This document shows, piece by piece, positions 21,201 to 29,410 of a DNA stretch of 64,000 bases. Where the stretch lies: the sequence record PQ898602.1. One strand, 5' to 3'. Positions within the stretch are counted from its first letter, which is position 1. The number at the start of each line of letters is the position of its first letter. The notes under the pieces were generated by a model, which saw nothing but the letters and a program-made list of their open reading frames with translations, was not told the origin of the DNA and searched no databases. Both the position numbers and the translations under genes were made by a program.

Positions 21201-22793
21201 TACGATGAAACCGATGGAATTGGTAAGAACCTCATTTTAACAATTCCAGAGGAAGTTGGTGCGATCGGAGAGTTTAATGGATTCATCCTCACCAATATTC
21301 AAGGTGAGATTGAAGTTAATGCAACGGATGAAGTCTTCTATGTTGGAACTTCCAGTACTGTTAGTATTCCAAATGCAAATGTAACCTTTAATAGTATCCT
21401 CTCAGATGGTAGACACTTTAAGGTCACTCATAGAAACCATGGAATGTATGATACTCAAGATAGAGTTACACTATATGGTTTTGAACCTGATACTAAACCA
21501 GTTCAACTTACTGCAAATTACAAAGCATCCTCTACTGGTAACCTAACAGTTGAATCTGTTGGTATTTTCACAAGTTTCGAGAATCTACCAGTTGACTCGC
21601 TAAATCCAGGTTATGTATTAGTTGATGATGAAGTTATTAAGTACACTGGAGTTTCCACTTCAGCTGGTGCATTAACAGGTATTACTAGAGGTGTTGGTGA
21701 TTCTAAACCTGGTGATCATGAAACTGGAGATTCTGTATTCAAATATGAAATGTCTGGTGTTTCATTGAGAAGAATCAATAAAACACATATTATGAATAAC
21801 ACGGATTATACAAAGTATCCAACTGGACTTGATAACTATCATATCAAGTGGAATGCTGGTACTAATGGTGGTAAGGCAACTGATAGAACAAATAATAATC
21901 CTAATGATTTCCCCAAACTCTACTTCAAAGAAGATAAATCTTGCGGTTCTTATGATGTAGTTCCACTGAGTACTAATCTTGATAGGGGTGCAAAGGCAAC
22001 ACAAAATATCACATACGATGCGTTCCTACCTAACTTCCAGATGATGCTCCCAGAAGGAACAAATATTACTGCAAAGGCAAGAACTTTCTCGGGTTCCACA
22101 CCTGATAGTTCACTTTCTGCTTACATTGATCAGGGATTTGAGGATTGTGCAATTGGTGAGACCAATGAACTTACCAGCCCAAGAGTCATTGCTTCTCCTG
22201 TGAATGAAAATCTATATCTCCAGGATTACCCTGGTAAAAAGTCATTCACAATCGAACTTACATTTAGTACGGATGATGATTTTGTTTCGCCAATGATTGA
22301 CCTAGATAGAGTCAGTTTGATTCTTATCAATAATAGAATCAACGAACCTATCAAGAATTACGCAACTGATTTTAGAGCAAATTCTCTAACTGAAGATCCA
22401 ACTTCTGCAGTTTATCTGAGTAAGATTGTTGAACTGGCAAAATCTGCAGATAGTCTGAAAGTTTACTTTGATGCTTTCAAACATCCAAGTAGTGATATCA
22501 GAGTTGGATATAGACTCTTTAGAGTTGATGCACCCCAAGAACCTCTTTGGGAATTATTCCCTGGTTTTGAAAATCTTGACGTTAATGGTCAGGTTATTGA
22601 CCAAAGTAATAATGATGGACATCCAGATACTAGAGTACCATCATCGTCGTCTGTTGATGACTTTGGTTCTTACGAGTTCACTATTGAACACGTACCTCAG
22701 TTTGAAGGATTCCAACTTAAGATTTGGATGACTGGAAGTAATTCCGCATATGTACCTAAGATCAAAGACCTGAGAGCAATCGCTTCTATCTAA
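15276..22793 (+). CDS. Large virion structural protein, VrlC-like / DUF4815 family
   Basis: 2505 aa. MAQNTNLNASPYFDDF...YKRVLFKPG..QARELTTMQSILQNQ start, LARRTYDESGNY, and DPLAQSF..GVFISKIEVYF motifs. Located after g8, as in cyanomyoviruses. Confidence 0.82.
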   Translation: MAQNTNLNASPYFDDFDVDKNYKRVLFKPGTPIQARELTTMQSILQNQVEKFGKHFFKEGEVVIPGSIAYDPEYTCVQIDANHLGIDVSLYIDKLVGQLIKGEISGVTAKVENYISDTQSEEGNYTLYVKYQSAGEGDFETNTFVDGENLLSLQNIDYGLSIIKEDSSFATAIVSGAIRTGSAAKIEEGVYFIRGFFIDVKSQTILLDQYDNSPSYRVGLFINEEIAVASQKNADLYDNARGFSNFAAPGADRLKISTELTKKPLTDTNDEAFIELMRIENGVLLKFSKKQNVSSLITDELARRTYDESGNYYVNPFRVIAKESVNDSLGNNGIYGPNETTSQGNTPSPDLLALQLSPGKAYVKGYEVETINTIFVDVPKPRTTQQELDTTIPFAFGNQIELNNVYGGTQVGYGSSSQVTLYSERTASPGTANGIPIGVARVYDMQLKNDSYSGADSIFVASLYDVNTYTYITINAGKEIALPALIEGTNSNARGYLKTAMTSTDTQMVLYQVSGTFNEREPLRVNGRKLGRTVKDFRDYGFGDVRQLVSLDGNMTADIRLSQPLAIAPQGTDFTINAAAGGESDVTCSSNTFGVGIQTGDILAYNKKGETSITLNRVKAVNATGKEITLEATTSVTGVSIGALPTSDIETGNLFKLVPELFNAKDSYLFAELEYADVATVDLSQGDLVFKKSYDVTVSGNALSATLESDPNVVLEPFDEEDYTLVYNDGTIEGLEQTNASISGRTITLGGLSQNGAAVLTATLRKNKLKSRNKVFNRCATLNVERSNTRKSGTGAKSNKDGLTFSRVYGTRVQDNEISLLVPDVQAVLGVFESDGPNEPTLPKLTLENLNANILNGIQGEQIVGQDSEAIAVLVSNNGSNEIDLVYQNENSFIKGERVVFQESNLTANVTKFTEGDKDIANDFIFNPAQYLEYADYSFLVRKEGVTPPTRKLKIVFNHFYIEPSDDGDITTVSSYDASVYTSELPYIDFYRANEILDARPRVKAYDLAVDTLSPFEYSARTFETANGSTPFFLSRDKNIKVSYDYYLGRIDKLFVNRYGEFFLKQGVPALNPRNPEDVPTALEIATIEMPPYVYNINDITIALTDHKRFRMQDIARMEDRLKNVEYYTSLSLLESETKNLTLRDSATGLDKFKTGFFVDNFRSTSAGSLGDPMHKCSIDMEEGHLRPQHYSTQIDMLLGSEAVVGTADGAANPDADLRFVEQLGTPNSVKKGDVICFKYKHEKWLENKFATRYENVNPFHVVNWIGAIEMNPATDTWIDTKKTKKTIDQEGNYESTIQELGIDTNTGLSPIQWGAWETTWTGKKVIGKKNMGSIKVGSKKVGTSTHKGKQIKGRGIPITTTTTFRDKYTKFTNVTTLTTKKQAREGIQYKVSEVFETVELGPKVVSTEVLHTMRSRNIEFVARRLKPTTKLFAFFDNILMTKYAVPKLIEIQMISGTFQVGEDIKGSSGTHAIKARLAKPNHKYGPYKKPSQTYTINPYKTGQKIPGSYSSTSTILNLDTASLELQSASGYYGNIVKGMKIKGKTSGAIAKVTNVRLVTDNAGTLIGSLFLPDPKQTSKPSFETGTKTFTLTTSKENSTISGATDSTAESTFTASGTLQNIEETTLRIRNAQVDRLIKTDERTKKSKSTKLKGTTTFKDRTVKQTRWVDPLAQSFEVPDERGVFISKIEVYFRTKDKQGLPVTGQIRTMQTGLPTTEILPFGEVVLEPVDVKTSKTGTVPTTFEFPSPVYLETGQSYCFVLLSASNEYTVFISRMGEEDVTTVDKPESEKIIVSSQPLLGSLFKSQNGATWDPSQLEDLKFTVYRSKFKTGETTFRFYNPDLDLGNGQIATLKNNPADSIARSALVGIGTSLSSAEQTDLTPGVTMLQEANSGFSATLDSVVGSIGIGSDLTLTAVGSGFTTPYTAYDNVSLIAITGEGTGGKVELSVQNGVAIAATVSAGGTGYASGDALTINYDETDGIGKNLILTIPEEVGAIGEFNGFILTNIQGEIEVNATDEVFYVGTSSTVSIPNANVTFNSILSDGRHFKVTHRNHGMYDTQDRVTLYGFEPDTKPVQLTANYKASSTGNLTVESVGIFTSFENLPVDSLNPGYVLVDDEVIKYTGVSTSAGALTGITRGVGDSKPGDHETGDSVFKYEMSGVSLRRINKTHIMNNTDYTKYPTGLDNYHIKWNAGTNGGKATDRTNNNPNDFPKLYFKEDKSCGSYDVVPLSTNLDRGAKATQNITYDAFLPNFQMMLPEGTNITAKARTFSGSTPDSSLSAYIDQGFEDCAIGETNELTSPRVIASPVNENLYLQDYPGKKSFTIELTFSTDDDFVSPMIDLDRVSLILINNRINEPIKNYATDFRANSLTEDPTSAVYLSKIVELAKSADSLKVYFDAFKHPSSDIRVGYRLFRVDAPQEPLWELFPGFENLDVNGQVIDQSNNDGHPDTRVPSSSSVDDFGSYEFTIEHVPQFEGFQLKIWMTGSNSAYVPKIKDLRAIASI

Positions 22794-22794
22794 T

Positions 22795-23043
22795 ATGGAT
22801 GACAAGATGATACCAGTAGAGGGCAATCCCCAACTTTATAGGGATCCCTCTTCTGATGCAATTATAAACACCTCTGACACAGAGTATTCTGCATACATGA
22901 AATTGAGAGATAAAAAACTTCGTGAACTTGAGGAAAGAAACAAAAAACTCAAAAAGATTGATGAAATTGACAGTATCAAGTCGGAAGTTAGTGAAATTAA
23001 AGACATGATGAGATACATTGTATCTAAACTAGATGATAAATAA
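22795..23043 (+). CDS. Conserved small hypothetical protein with C-terminal coiled coil
   Basis: 82 aa, VEGNPQLYRDPSSDAIIN motif followed by a heptad-rich helix. Tightly coupled to the upstream stop. Confidence 0.72.
   Translation: MDDKMIPVEGNPQLYRDPSSDAIINTSDTEYSAYMKLRDKKLRELEERNKKLKKIDEIDSIKSEVSEIKDMMRYIVSKLDDK
23036..23042 (+). promoter_or_regulatory. Late promoter (ATAAATA)
   Basis: Overlaps the stop codon at 23041-23043, about 22 nt upstream of the ATG at 23065. Confidence 0.65.
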
Positions 23044-23064
23044 CTAAAAAAGTAACCTAAAATA

Positions 23065-23400
23065 ATGGCAGCAAGGGTTGTAAATCTGGTTTTGGAACAG
23101 GGGGCGGATTTTACTGCCTCTTTTTCCCTAGCGAACTCCAATGGTTCGCCATTAAATATGGTTGGTTATAGTGGTATTTCTTCCATCAGAAAACATCCAT
23201 CTTCATCAACTGCATTTCCTCTAACTCTATCTTTTCCTGATAGATTGCAAGGAATTGTTCAGGTTTCTATGGGTTACACTGCTACTGCAGCAATTGAAGG
23301 TGGAAGATATGTATATGATGTCATTCTAATTTCACCGAACGATTACAGAACTAGAGTGGTTCAAGGTAATGTTCTGGTAACTCCAGGGGTAACGAAATGA
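23065..23400 (+). CDS. Small structural/tail-associated hypothetical protein
   Basis: 111 aa. NLVLEQGADF...GRYVYDVILI...RVVQGNVLVTPGVT pattern seen in myovirus tail/baseplate-associated proteins. Confidence 0.75.
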   Translation: MAARVVNLVLEQGADFTASFSLANSNGSPLNMVGYSGISSIRKHPSSSTAFPLTLSFPDRLQGIVQVSMGYTATAAIEGGRYVYDVILISPNDYRTRVVQGNVLVTPGVTK

Positions 23401-24074
23401 GCATCAACGCAGTAAGTTTAGCTGGCAACGATCCATACAGAATTAGTGTTGACTACGAAGTCCCCACTAAATCGATTCAGTATGGAAATATTATCCTTGA
23501 TAGTATTGCATCCCAGTTTGATGGGGTAGCAACAAGTTTTGCATTGAAAAAGGATAATAACGCATATACCCCAGGAAATGCACAACAACTAATTGTTATT
23601 TTAGGTAATGATGCACAAAAACCAGATCAAGATTATGTAGTTTCTGGAACCAACATCGTATTCACAACAGCACCCGCTGCTTCCACTACAGTTTCGATTG
23701 TTGCACTTGCTACTACTGCAGATTTAACCAGAACTTTGAACTATGTTGTCGATAGCGGCAACCTTGCAATGACACCTGGTGATAAGGGATTTATTACTCT
23801 AGATGTAAGTGGAGTTATCGAACAACTTGTAATTTACTCTGAACAACAGGGTGATCTAGTTCTCGATATTCAAAAGGCAGATTTCACCACATACCCTACG
23901 TTTACTTCGATCTTGGGCGGTGGAAATATTCAGATGATAAATAATACGAAGCTGAAAGATGACGTTCTTACCAACTGGAACACAACTATAGTTGCTGGTG
24001 ATCTTCTTCAGTTTGATGTGGTTTCTGTCAGCAACATCACGAGATTCCTAATCTCTTTGAAATTAAAATTATAA
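23397..24074 (+). CDS. Virion structural protein
   Basis: 225 aa. Contains the DSIASQFDG..TSFAL...IVFTTAP module that also recurs in g7. ATGA overlap with the upstream ORF. Confidence 0.75.
   Translation: MSINAVSLAGNDPYRISVDYEVPTKSIQYGNIILDSIASQFDGVATSFALKKDNNAYTPGNAQQLIVILGNDAQKPDQDYVVSGTNIVFTTAPAASTTVSIVALATTADLTRTLNYVVDSGNLAMTPGDKGFITLDVSGVIEQLVIYSEQQGDLVLDIQKADFTTYPTFTSILGGGNIQMINNTKLKDDVLTNWNTTIVAGDLLQFDVVSVSNITRFLISLKLKL
23937..23943 (+). promoter_or_regulatory. Possible second late promoter for the 335-aa gene
   Basis: ATAAATA within the coding sequence, about 180 nt upstream of 24122. Confidence 0.35.
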
Positions 24075-24077
24075 ATA
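24070..24077 (+). promoter_or_regulatory. Perfect T4 late promoter TATAAATA
   Basis: Exact consensus overlapping the stop at 24072-24074. Followed by a GAAGGAG Shine-Dalgarno and the ATG at 24122. Confidence 0.85.
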
Positions 24078-24121
24078 ATGTTAGTTAAAAGTTTTTACCA
24101 TCTGTCGAAGGAGTTGTTTCA

Positions 24122-25129
24122 ATGGCACTACTAGTTCCAAATATTGGAGAACTTGAGTCACTAAGATACCTGATTGCAAATAATAATCACACCCCATCTC
24201 TTGCTGACCAGTCTCCTCGTAACCTCGTACTTAAGTTGTTCGTTAGTAACACAACACCTGCTGAGGGTGATGTACCATCGGCAACTGCGTACTTCGAGCC
24301 CTATACCTCAGGCGGTACCAATGGATATGGATCTGCTCCAGTCACTGGTTATCCCGCTTGTGTAAATAACAGAACTGACCAAGATTATACCAGCCAATAC
24401 GGCATCCTCCTGAATGGATCCCGCTGGGCAATCAATCAAGTTGGATCTGGTACAACCGCAACCTATCCAGAACAAACCTTCACCTTTACTGGTGCTGCAG
24501 GTGACGTTTATGGTTATCACGTTACCCGTGCAAACAACATGCCTGTAACCGTACAGGGTGTTGAAGACTTTGCATCTGTTGGTATCGGAACCACCGTAAC
24601 CAAGGGTGACAACATCAACCCAACCATCGGTGTTATCGGTAACTCCTACCTCACCATCAACAACGCATCTAACGTTGATGACATCACCCTAGGAATGGCT
24701 GTTGGAGGTAACGCTGGTCTTGCTGCAGATACTTCGGTTATTGGTATCGACAGAGCACTTAAGGTTGTCTATCTCGACAAACCACTTGTTGATAACATCC
24801 AGACTGCAACCGACTCTTCTGTTGAGTTCTCCTTCTCTAAGGTTACTGCAACCAACCATGGTCTAGTTGCTGGTGACGTTATCTATATTGCTGCAGGTGC
24901 TGCAAACACGACTACTGCTTCTAACACCTACACAGTATTCAACGTACCTAACGCAGACGAGTTCACTACAACTCCTGCTCTGAACGCAACTCAGAACAAC
25001 CTTGCTGGTGTCGGAACTGCAACTCTGTATAGTTCCATCATGTATGCTGAAAGATTCACCAATGGTCCATACAGCATTCAGAACAATGGTGACCAGATTA
25101 AGATCACTCTGAACGTCGCACTCGACTGA
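24122..25129 (+). CDS. Probably abundant virion structural protein
   Basis: 335 aa, MALLVPNIGELESLRYLI...YPEQTFTF...AERFTNGPY..NNGDQIKITL. C-ending codon bias resembles g23. Has its own promoter and a downstream terminator. Confidence 0.8.
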   Translation: MALLVPNIGELESLRYLIANNNHTPSLADQSPRNLVLKLFVSNTTPAEGDVPSATAYFEPYTSGGTNGYGSAPVTGYPACVNNRTDQDYTSQYGILLNGSRWAINQVGSGTTATYPEQTFTFTGAAGDVYGYHVTRANNMPVTVQGVEDFASVGIGTTVTKGDNINPTIGVIGNSYLTINNASNVDDITLGMAVGGNAGLAADTSVIGIDRALKVVYLDKPLVDNIQTATDSSVEFSFSKVTATNHGLVAGDVIYIAAGAANTTTASNTYTVFNVPNADEFTTTPALNATQNNLAGVGTATLYSSIMYAERFTNGPYSIQNNGDQIKITLNVALD

Positions 25130-25151
25130 TATTTGACTTTAGTCTGAACAT

Positions 25152-25158
25152 CTAAATA
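25152..25158 (+). promoter_or_regulatory. Late promoter variant CTAAATA
   Basis: Intergenic, between the 335-aa and 1369-aa genes. Confidence 0.55.
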
Positions 25159-25167
25159 CTTGCAGGT

Positions 25168-25203
25168 GAGGGGGTTCTTCTTTATGGGGCGACCCCCCTT
25201 TTT
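25168..25203 (+). terminator. Rho-independent terminator-like hairpin
   Basis: GAGGGGGTT...GACCCCCC followed by TTTTT. An alternative short stem GGG-GCGA-CCC is also possible. Confidence 0.6.
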
Positions 25204-25251
25204 CTTCGTCTATGGTATATGAACCTATGAAGAATCTGAATCGTCACCCTA

Positions 25252-28200
25252 ATGTCAAACCAGTTTAATTATAATCTTAATAGTATTAATTTCTTCATCC
25301 AGGAAAACTCTGGATCGATTACTGGTGTCTCAACAGAATTTGAAGACTATGGTGACGTTCAAGGTCTTCCCGTTCAGACGGCAGGACAAGTCTGGTTACC
25401 AGAACGTGAAGAAAGTATTCATGATTTTAGTTTCAATGATGTCAAGTTCTTCAACACCTTCGACTCTGAACTTACTAGATTTGATACTAACTTAGAATTA
25501 GAAGATTGGGGTGCAGACCTCAATATCACAGAAACACTATATCCCTTCGGTACATTATCCTCCGCAAACCTTGCTGGTCTTGCGGAGTCTTTCAATGTTT
25601 CCATCTCTGGACTTGCAATTCTGTTCAGAGCAATTGGAAATCTTGGAATCAGCTTTACACCCAGATACCCTGCTAGTGGTACAGCGACACTATCTGGCGA
25701 TGGTGGCATCCGCAGAGAGCGTGATTTCATCGCCAGTGGTACTCTATTCAAATTCGGTACTGCCGGTGAGTCCAAGTCCTTTGACTTCGTTGGCAGCGGT
25801 CTTAAGACCCTCTCAGGCGTTGCTGTCGAGCGCACAGCAATCGGTAGAGACGAAAATACTATCCTATTCGACTTCCTCGACGCTGCTGAGACAGCGCCAG
25901 TCGTCGTCTGGGGCGTCGATGATGAGGTTGGTGGTACTATCACCATCCTTGGGGAACTTACTCACCCAGACATTGATTATACCCCTCATTATGGTATCGA
26001 GAAGAACATCGGTATCGGAACAACTGGTATTCAGATTTCTGGTACTACATCTGCTCTGGAGGCATTCTCTGCACAGACTCCAGAAGATACTATTCTCTTC
26101 TCCTTCGGTTCTGCTGCAGTAGAGAAGTTTGGTGGAGATCCACCAGAGAACGCTCAACTATTCTCCTTCAGTGGAGAAATCGAGATTCCTCTCCGTACAT
26201 TTGCGGAACAACCAACAGGAACACTTAATGTTTCTGGTGAGGCTCTTGAGAAACAAGAATTTAGATATCGTGGTAGAGGACCAATTAACGTTGGTGTTCC
26301 ATTCAGTTATACAGATACTTACGACCTTGGACTCTCTGGTAGTTTTGCCGAGACGTTCATTGCACAATTCGGTTCAGCTATTGCTGCTACTGAAAATAAA
26401 GTCATCATCGGCGCACCAGGTAATGATGGTTCTGGTTCATACTATGCAGGTTCTGCATACATCTATAATCATGATGGAACTGGTATCACGACAGTCACTA
26501 GTGATGGTGGTACCGATTACTTCGGAACAAGTGTTGGTGCAAGTACCAGTGTAACACTCAGAGATGGTGTTTACAGCCCTGCATTTGCAGTTGGTGCATA
26601 TCAGGATCAAAGTCAAGGTCGTGTATACGTCTTCGATGAAAGTGGAAATCAACTTGTAGTTATTGATCCCAATCCAAATAGTTTTGGTGAATATTTTGGA
26701 TGGTCTGTTGCTGCAGGATCGGAAAGAATTGTTGTTGGTTCTCCTCGTGATGATGACAATGGAACGGATTCTGGTTCAGTATCTGTTGCAGCAGTTTCTT
26801 ATAACAATGGATCATCCTCTTGGGAATATACATTAACTAAGATTGTTCCTTCCGATGGAGCAGCTGGTGATAACTTTGGTGATGCAGTTGCAGTCGGAGA
26901 CGATAAGATTGTCGTTGGTTGTAAGAATAATAGATCTAATCGTGGTGCTGTATATGTCTATGATCTAGACGGCACAAATGAAATCAAGATTACCGCAAGT
27001 AATGAAGACGTAAACTTCAACTTCGGTTCTTGGGTTGCGATTGGTAGTAATAAGATTGCGGTTGGTGCTCCAGGAGTACATGGTAATAAGGGTGCGGTCT
27101 ATCTTTACGACTTAGATGGTAATAACGAGAAGATAATCGAAGCCTCTGATCAGGCGGTAGGTAGATACTTTGGTACTAGAGTTGCAATTAATGGCAATCA
27201 ACTTGCTGTTGGTGCCGATCCAGCTGTTTATGGTGCAGTTTATATCTACACCCTTGAGGGAACTAAGGAATTCAAGATCACTCACGATACAATCAATGAA
27301 AGATTCGGTGAGGCTGTTGAATTCGTTGGTGACGATCTCTGGGTTGGTGCAAGATATACATCTGATCCAGAATTCTACACGGGTAAAGTTCACAAATACA
27401 CCCGCAATGTTCTTCAGGCAGCTACAGAAGCATTCTCTGCACAGACTCCAGAAGATACGATTCTATTCAATGCTTCTGGCGAAGCAATCAAGAAAGCAAC
27501 TATCAGAGAAGTATTCTCTGGTGTTCTTACATTCTCTGGTGCTGCAACCAACGAACAATTCACTGGAGATCCTCCAGAAGAGACAATTCTCTTCGTTGCA
27601 AATGGTGATGCTCATACAACCAGAGCAAGAGATAAGGTCGGAACAGGTCTTGCATCTCTATCTGGTATTGCTTCTTGTAGAGAAATTGCAAATTATGGTT
27701 ATTATGGAGATGATAGAGATCCTGGTACATCTGGTCTCATCACAATCTCTGGTTCTCCACTAGCAGATCCAGACTCTGGTGTAACTTATATCCCACATTA
27801 TGGTATTGAAAGAAATATCGGTGTTGGAACCACTGGTATTCAGATTGAACCTAGAACTAGATTTGGTTTCAATACTGGATTTGACGCCGATGGTAATGAG
27901 CGTGGTGCAAGATACTACTCTAATGTCTATCCACGTAATGACGTTGCGGAACTCGATGGTGGTTCTGGTACTGGTGGATTCAGACTTAATGATGATAAAG
28001 AACTCACATTCTGTAGAGCACTACTTCCATATAAGGCATCTGGTCTTGGTGTATTCAGTGGAACTGGTAACGAAGCCTTCTGTATTGTTGGATATGAAGG
28101 TGATGCAGGAACCACATTCTTTAGTGGTGCTGCAGAAACCAGACAGATTGATGTCTTTGGATTCTATGGAGATGATGCAGATCCAGGAACAACTGGTCTG

Positions 28201-29361
28201 TTTACTATCTCTACTCAGACTCAGGGTATCGTATTCAGAAGAAGTTTCGCACATCTAGCGGAAGGTTCTCTGTTTGCAACTGGTGGAAACTCGGATATTC
28301 AACTTACATATGGATATCAGGGCGAAGGTCAAGTATCTACACTTTCTGGAGCTGCGGAAGCATTCGGTGCGGACGAAGTACAGAATGTTGTTCTTTACGA
28401 GACTCATGGTCATGGTACCGAGAGTTTTGTTGCACAACCAACCGAAGATACGGCACAATTTACGTATCAAGGTCAACTCGAATCGGAAAGAACAACCAAG
28501 TCCTACCTTGGTCAAGTTGCATTCCCAACAACAATTGGTGGGGCAGCAGAATCTATTGAAAGAAATGTCGTCGGAACAGTTCTGTTCTCCTTCGACACTG
28601 GAACGACAGATTCTGAAGTTAGAAAAGTTGATTCTAGTATTTCTGTTGATAGAGACGACGTTGCATTCAATGCATTCGTCAAACAGACTGAAGATGTTGC
28701 GAGAACTATTCTCTTCGATATTACAAATTCTGCAGAAACAGTACTCAATACTCTCAAAGTATACGATGGTGCTGGTTCAACTGCACTATCTGGTGCATAT
28801 TCAGAACTCAAGTTCACTGCAGCACATGTTGGTCTTGGTGGACTTGCAAAACATGGAGTTGCAGTCAAGAAACAAGTATTTGGTTATGTGGGCGAAGGTT
28901 CCCTCAACACACTTACTGGAGCTTCCGAAAGTTTCGCGAGAGAATCTACTGCGGGAACGATTCTTTACTCCGCGACTGGTTCTGCATCGGTCAGAGTCGA
29001 GAGCGACTTTATCTACGCCAGCGCAGGAACATTCCTACCAACAGGAGCAGCAACAGAAACCAGATATGTTCCCCTCTACCCCGCTTCTGGAACAATCACT
29101 CTTTCTGGAGAACTCACTCATCCAGAGATTCAATATATTCCCGCAGTTACAGCTGGTGGACTATCAACAGTATCTGGAGCTGCAACAGTTGCGAACGTTA
29201 TCGTACCATTTGCATCTGGTCGTTTCTTCAGTATTGGATCTGGAGACGAAGCATACGCAAGAAATACTTATGTCGGTATCGGAAGTATGAGTATTACCGA
29301 CGAAGGTTCAACTATAAACGATCCATTCAGAATTCCACGCACATTTACCATCATCGTTTAA
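25252..29361 (+). CDS. Large structural protein with 7-bladed FG-GAP (integrin-alpha-like) beta-propeller
   Basis: 1369 aa. Seven FG.S/A.V...VGA...G.VYVY repeats at about 26368-27410, embedded in low-complexity G/S/T/A/E/F repeats. Confidence 0.8.
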   Translation: MSNQFNYNLNSINFFIQENSGSITGVSTEFEDYGDVQGLPVQTAGQVWLPEREESIHDFSFNDVKFFNTFDSELTRFDTNLELEDWGADLNITETLYPFGTLSSANLAGLAESFNVSISGLAILFRAIGNLGISFTPRYPASGTATLSGDGGIRRERDFIASGTLFKFGTAGESKSFDFVGSGLKTLSGVAVERTAIGRDENTILFDFLDAAETAPVVVWGVDDEVGGTITILGELTHPDIDYTPHYGIEKNIGIGTTGIQISGTTSALEAFSAQTPEDTILFSFGSAAVEKFGGDPPENAQLFSFSGEIEIPLRTFAEQPTGTLNVSGEALEKQEFRYRGRGPINVGVPFSYTDTYDLGLSGSFAETFIAQFGSAIAATENKVIIGAPGNDGSGSYYAGSAYIYNHDGTGITTVTSDGGTDYFGTSVGASTSVTLRDGVYSPAFAVGAYQDQSQGRVYVFDESGNQLVVIDPNPNSFGEYFGWSVAAGSERIVVGSPRDDDNGTDSGSVSVAAVSYNNGSSSWEYTLTKIVPSDGAAGDNFGDAVAVGDDKIVVGCKNNRSNRGAVYVYDLDGTNEIKITASNEDVNFNFGSWVAIGSNKIAVGAPGVHGNKGAVYLYDLDGNNEKIIEASDQAVGRYFGTRVAINGNQLAVGADPAVYGAVYIYTLEGTKEFKITHDTINERFGEAVEFVGDDLWVGARYTSDPEFYTGKVHKYTRNVLQAATEAFSAQTPEDTILFNASGEAIKKATIREVFSGVLTFSGAATNEQFTGDPPEETILFVANGDAHTTRARDKVGTGLASLSGIASCREIANYGYYGDDRDPGTSGLITISGSPLADPDSGVTYIPHYGIERNIGVGTTGIQIEPRTRFGFNTGFDADGNERGARYYSNVYPRNDVAELDGGSGTGGFRLNDDKELTFCRALLPYKASGLGVFSGTGNEAFCIVGYEGDAGTTFFSGAAETRQIDVFGFYGDDADPGTTGLFTISTQTQGIVFRRSFAHLAEGSLFATGGNSDIQLTYGYQGEGQVSTLSGAAEAFGADEVQNVVLYETHGHGTESFVAQPTEDTAQFTYQGQLESERTTKSYLGQVAFPTTIGGAAESIERNVVGTVLFSFDTGTTDSEVRKVDSSISVDRDDVAFNAFVKQTEDVARTILFDITNSAETVLNTLKVYDGAGSTALSGAYSELKFTAAHVGLGGLAKHGVAVKKQVFGYVGEGSLNTLTGASESFARESTAGTILYSATGSASVRVESDFIYASAGTFLPTGAATETRYVPLYPASGTITLSGELTHPEIQYIPAVTAGGLSTVSGAATVANVIVPFASGRFFSIGSGDEAYARNTYVGIGSMSITDEGSTINDPFRIPRTFTIIV
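26062..27458 (+). repeat. 29-bp perfect direct repeat pair (26062-26090 and 27430-27458)
   Basis: GCATTCTCTGCACAGACTCCAGAAGATAC is present twice, 1368 nt apart (in frame), flanking the FG-GAP propeller. Confidence 0.9.
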
Positions 29362-29366
29362 TTATA

Positions 29367-29373
29367 CTAAATA
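29367..29373 (+). promoter_or_regulatory. Late promoter CTAAATA for the tail fibre gene
   Basis: Intergenic, about 37 nt upstream of the ATG at 29411. Confidence 0.65.
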
Positions 29374-29410
29374 AATCAGAAGAAAATAGCTATTTGAGTC
29401 GGATAACGCT

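Noticed and set aside
28274-29290. 338-aa alternative-frame ORF inside the 1369-aa gene (also 25511-26122 and 27170-27763)
   Set aside because: L/Q/V/S-rich composition typical of +1 frame shadows when NTA codons are scarce. No supporting signals.
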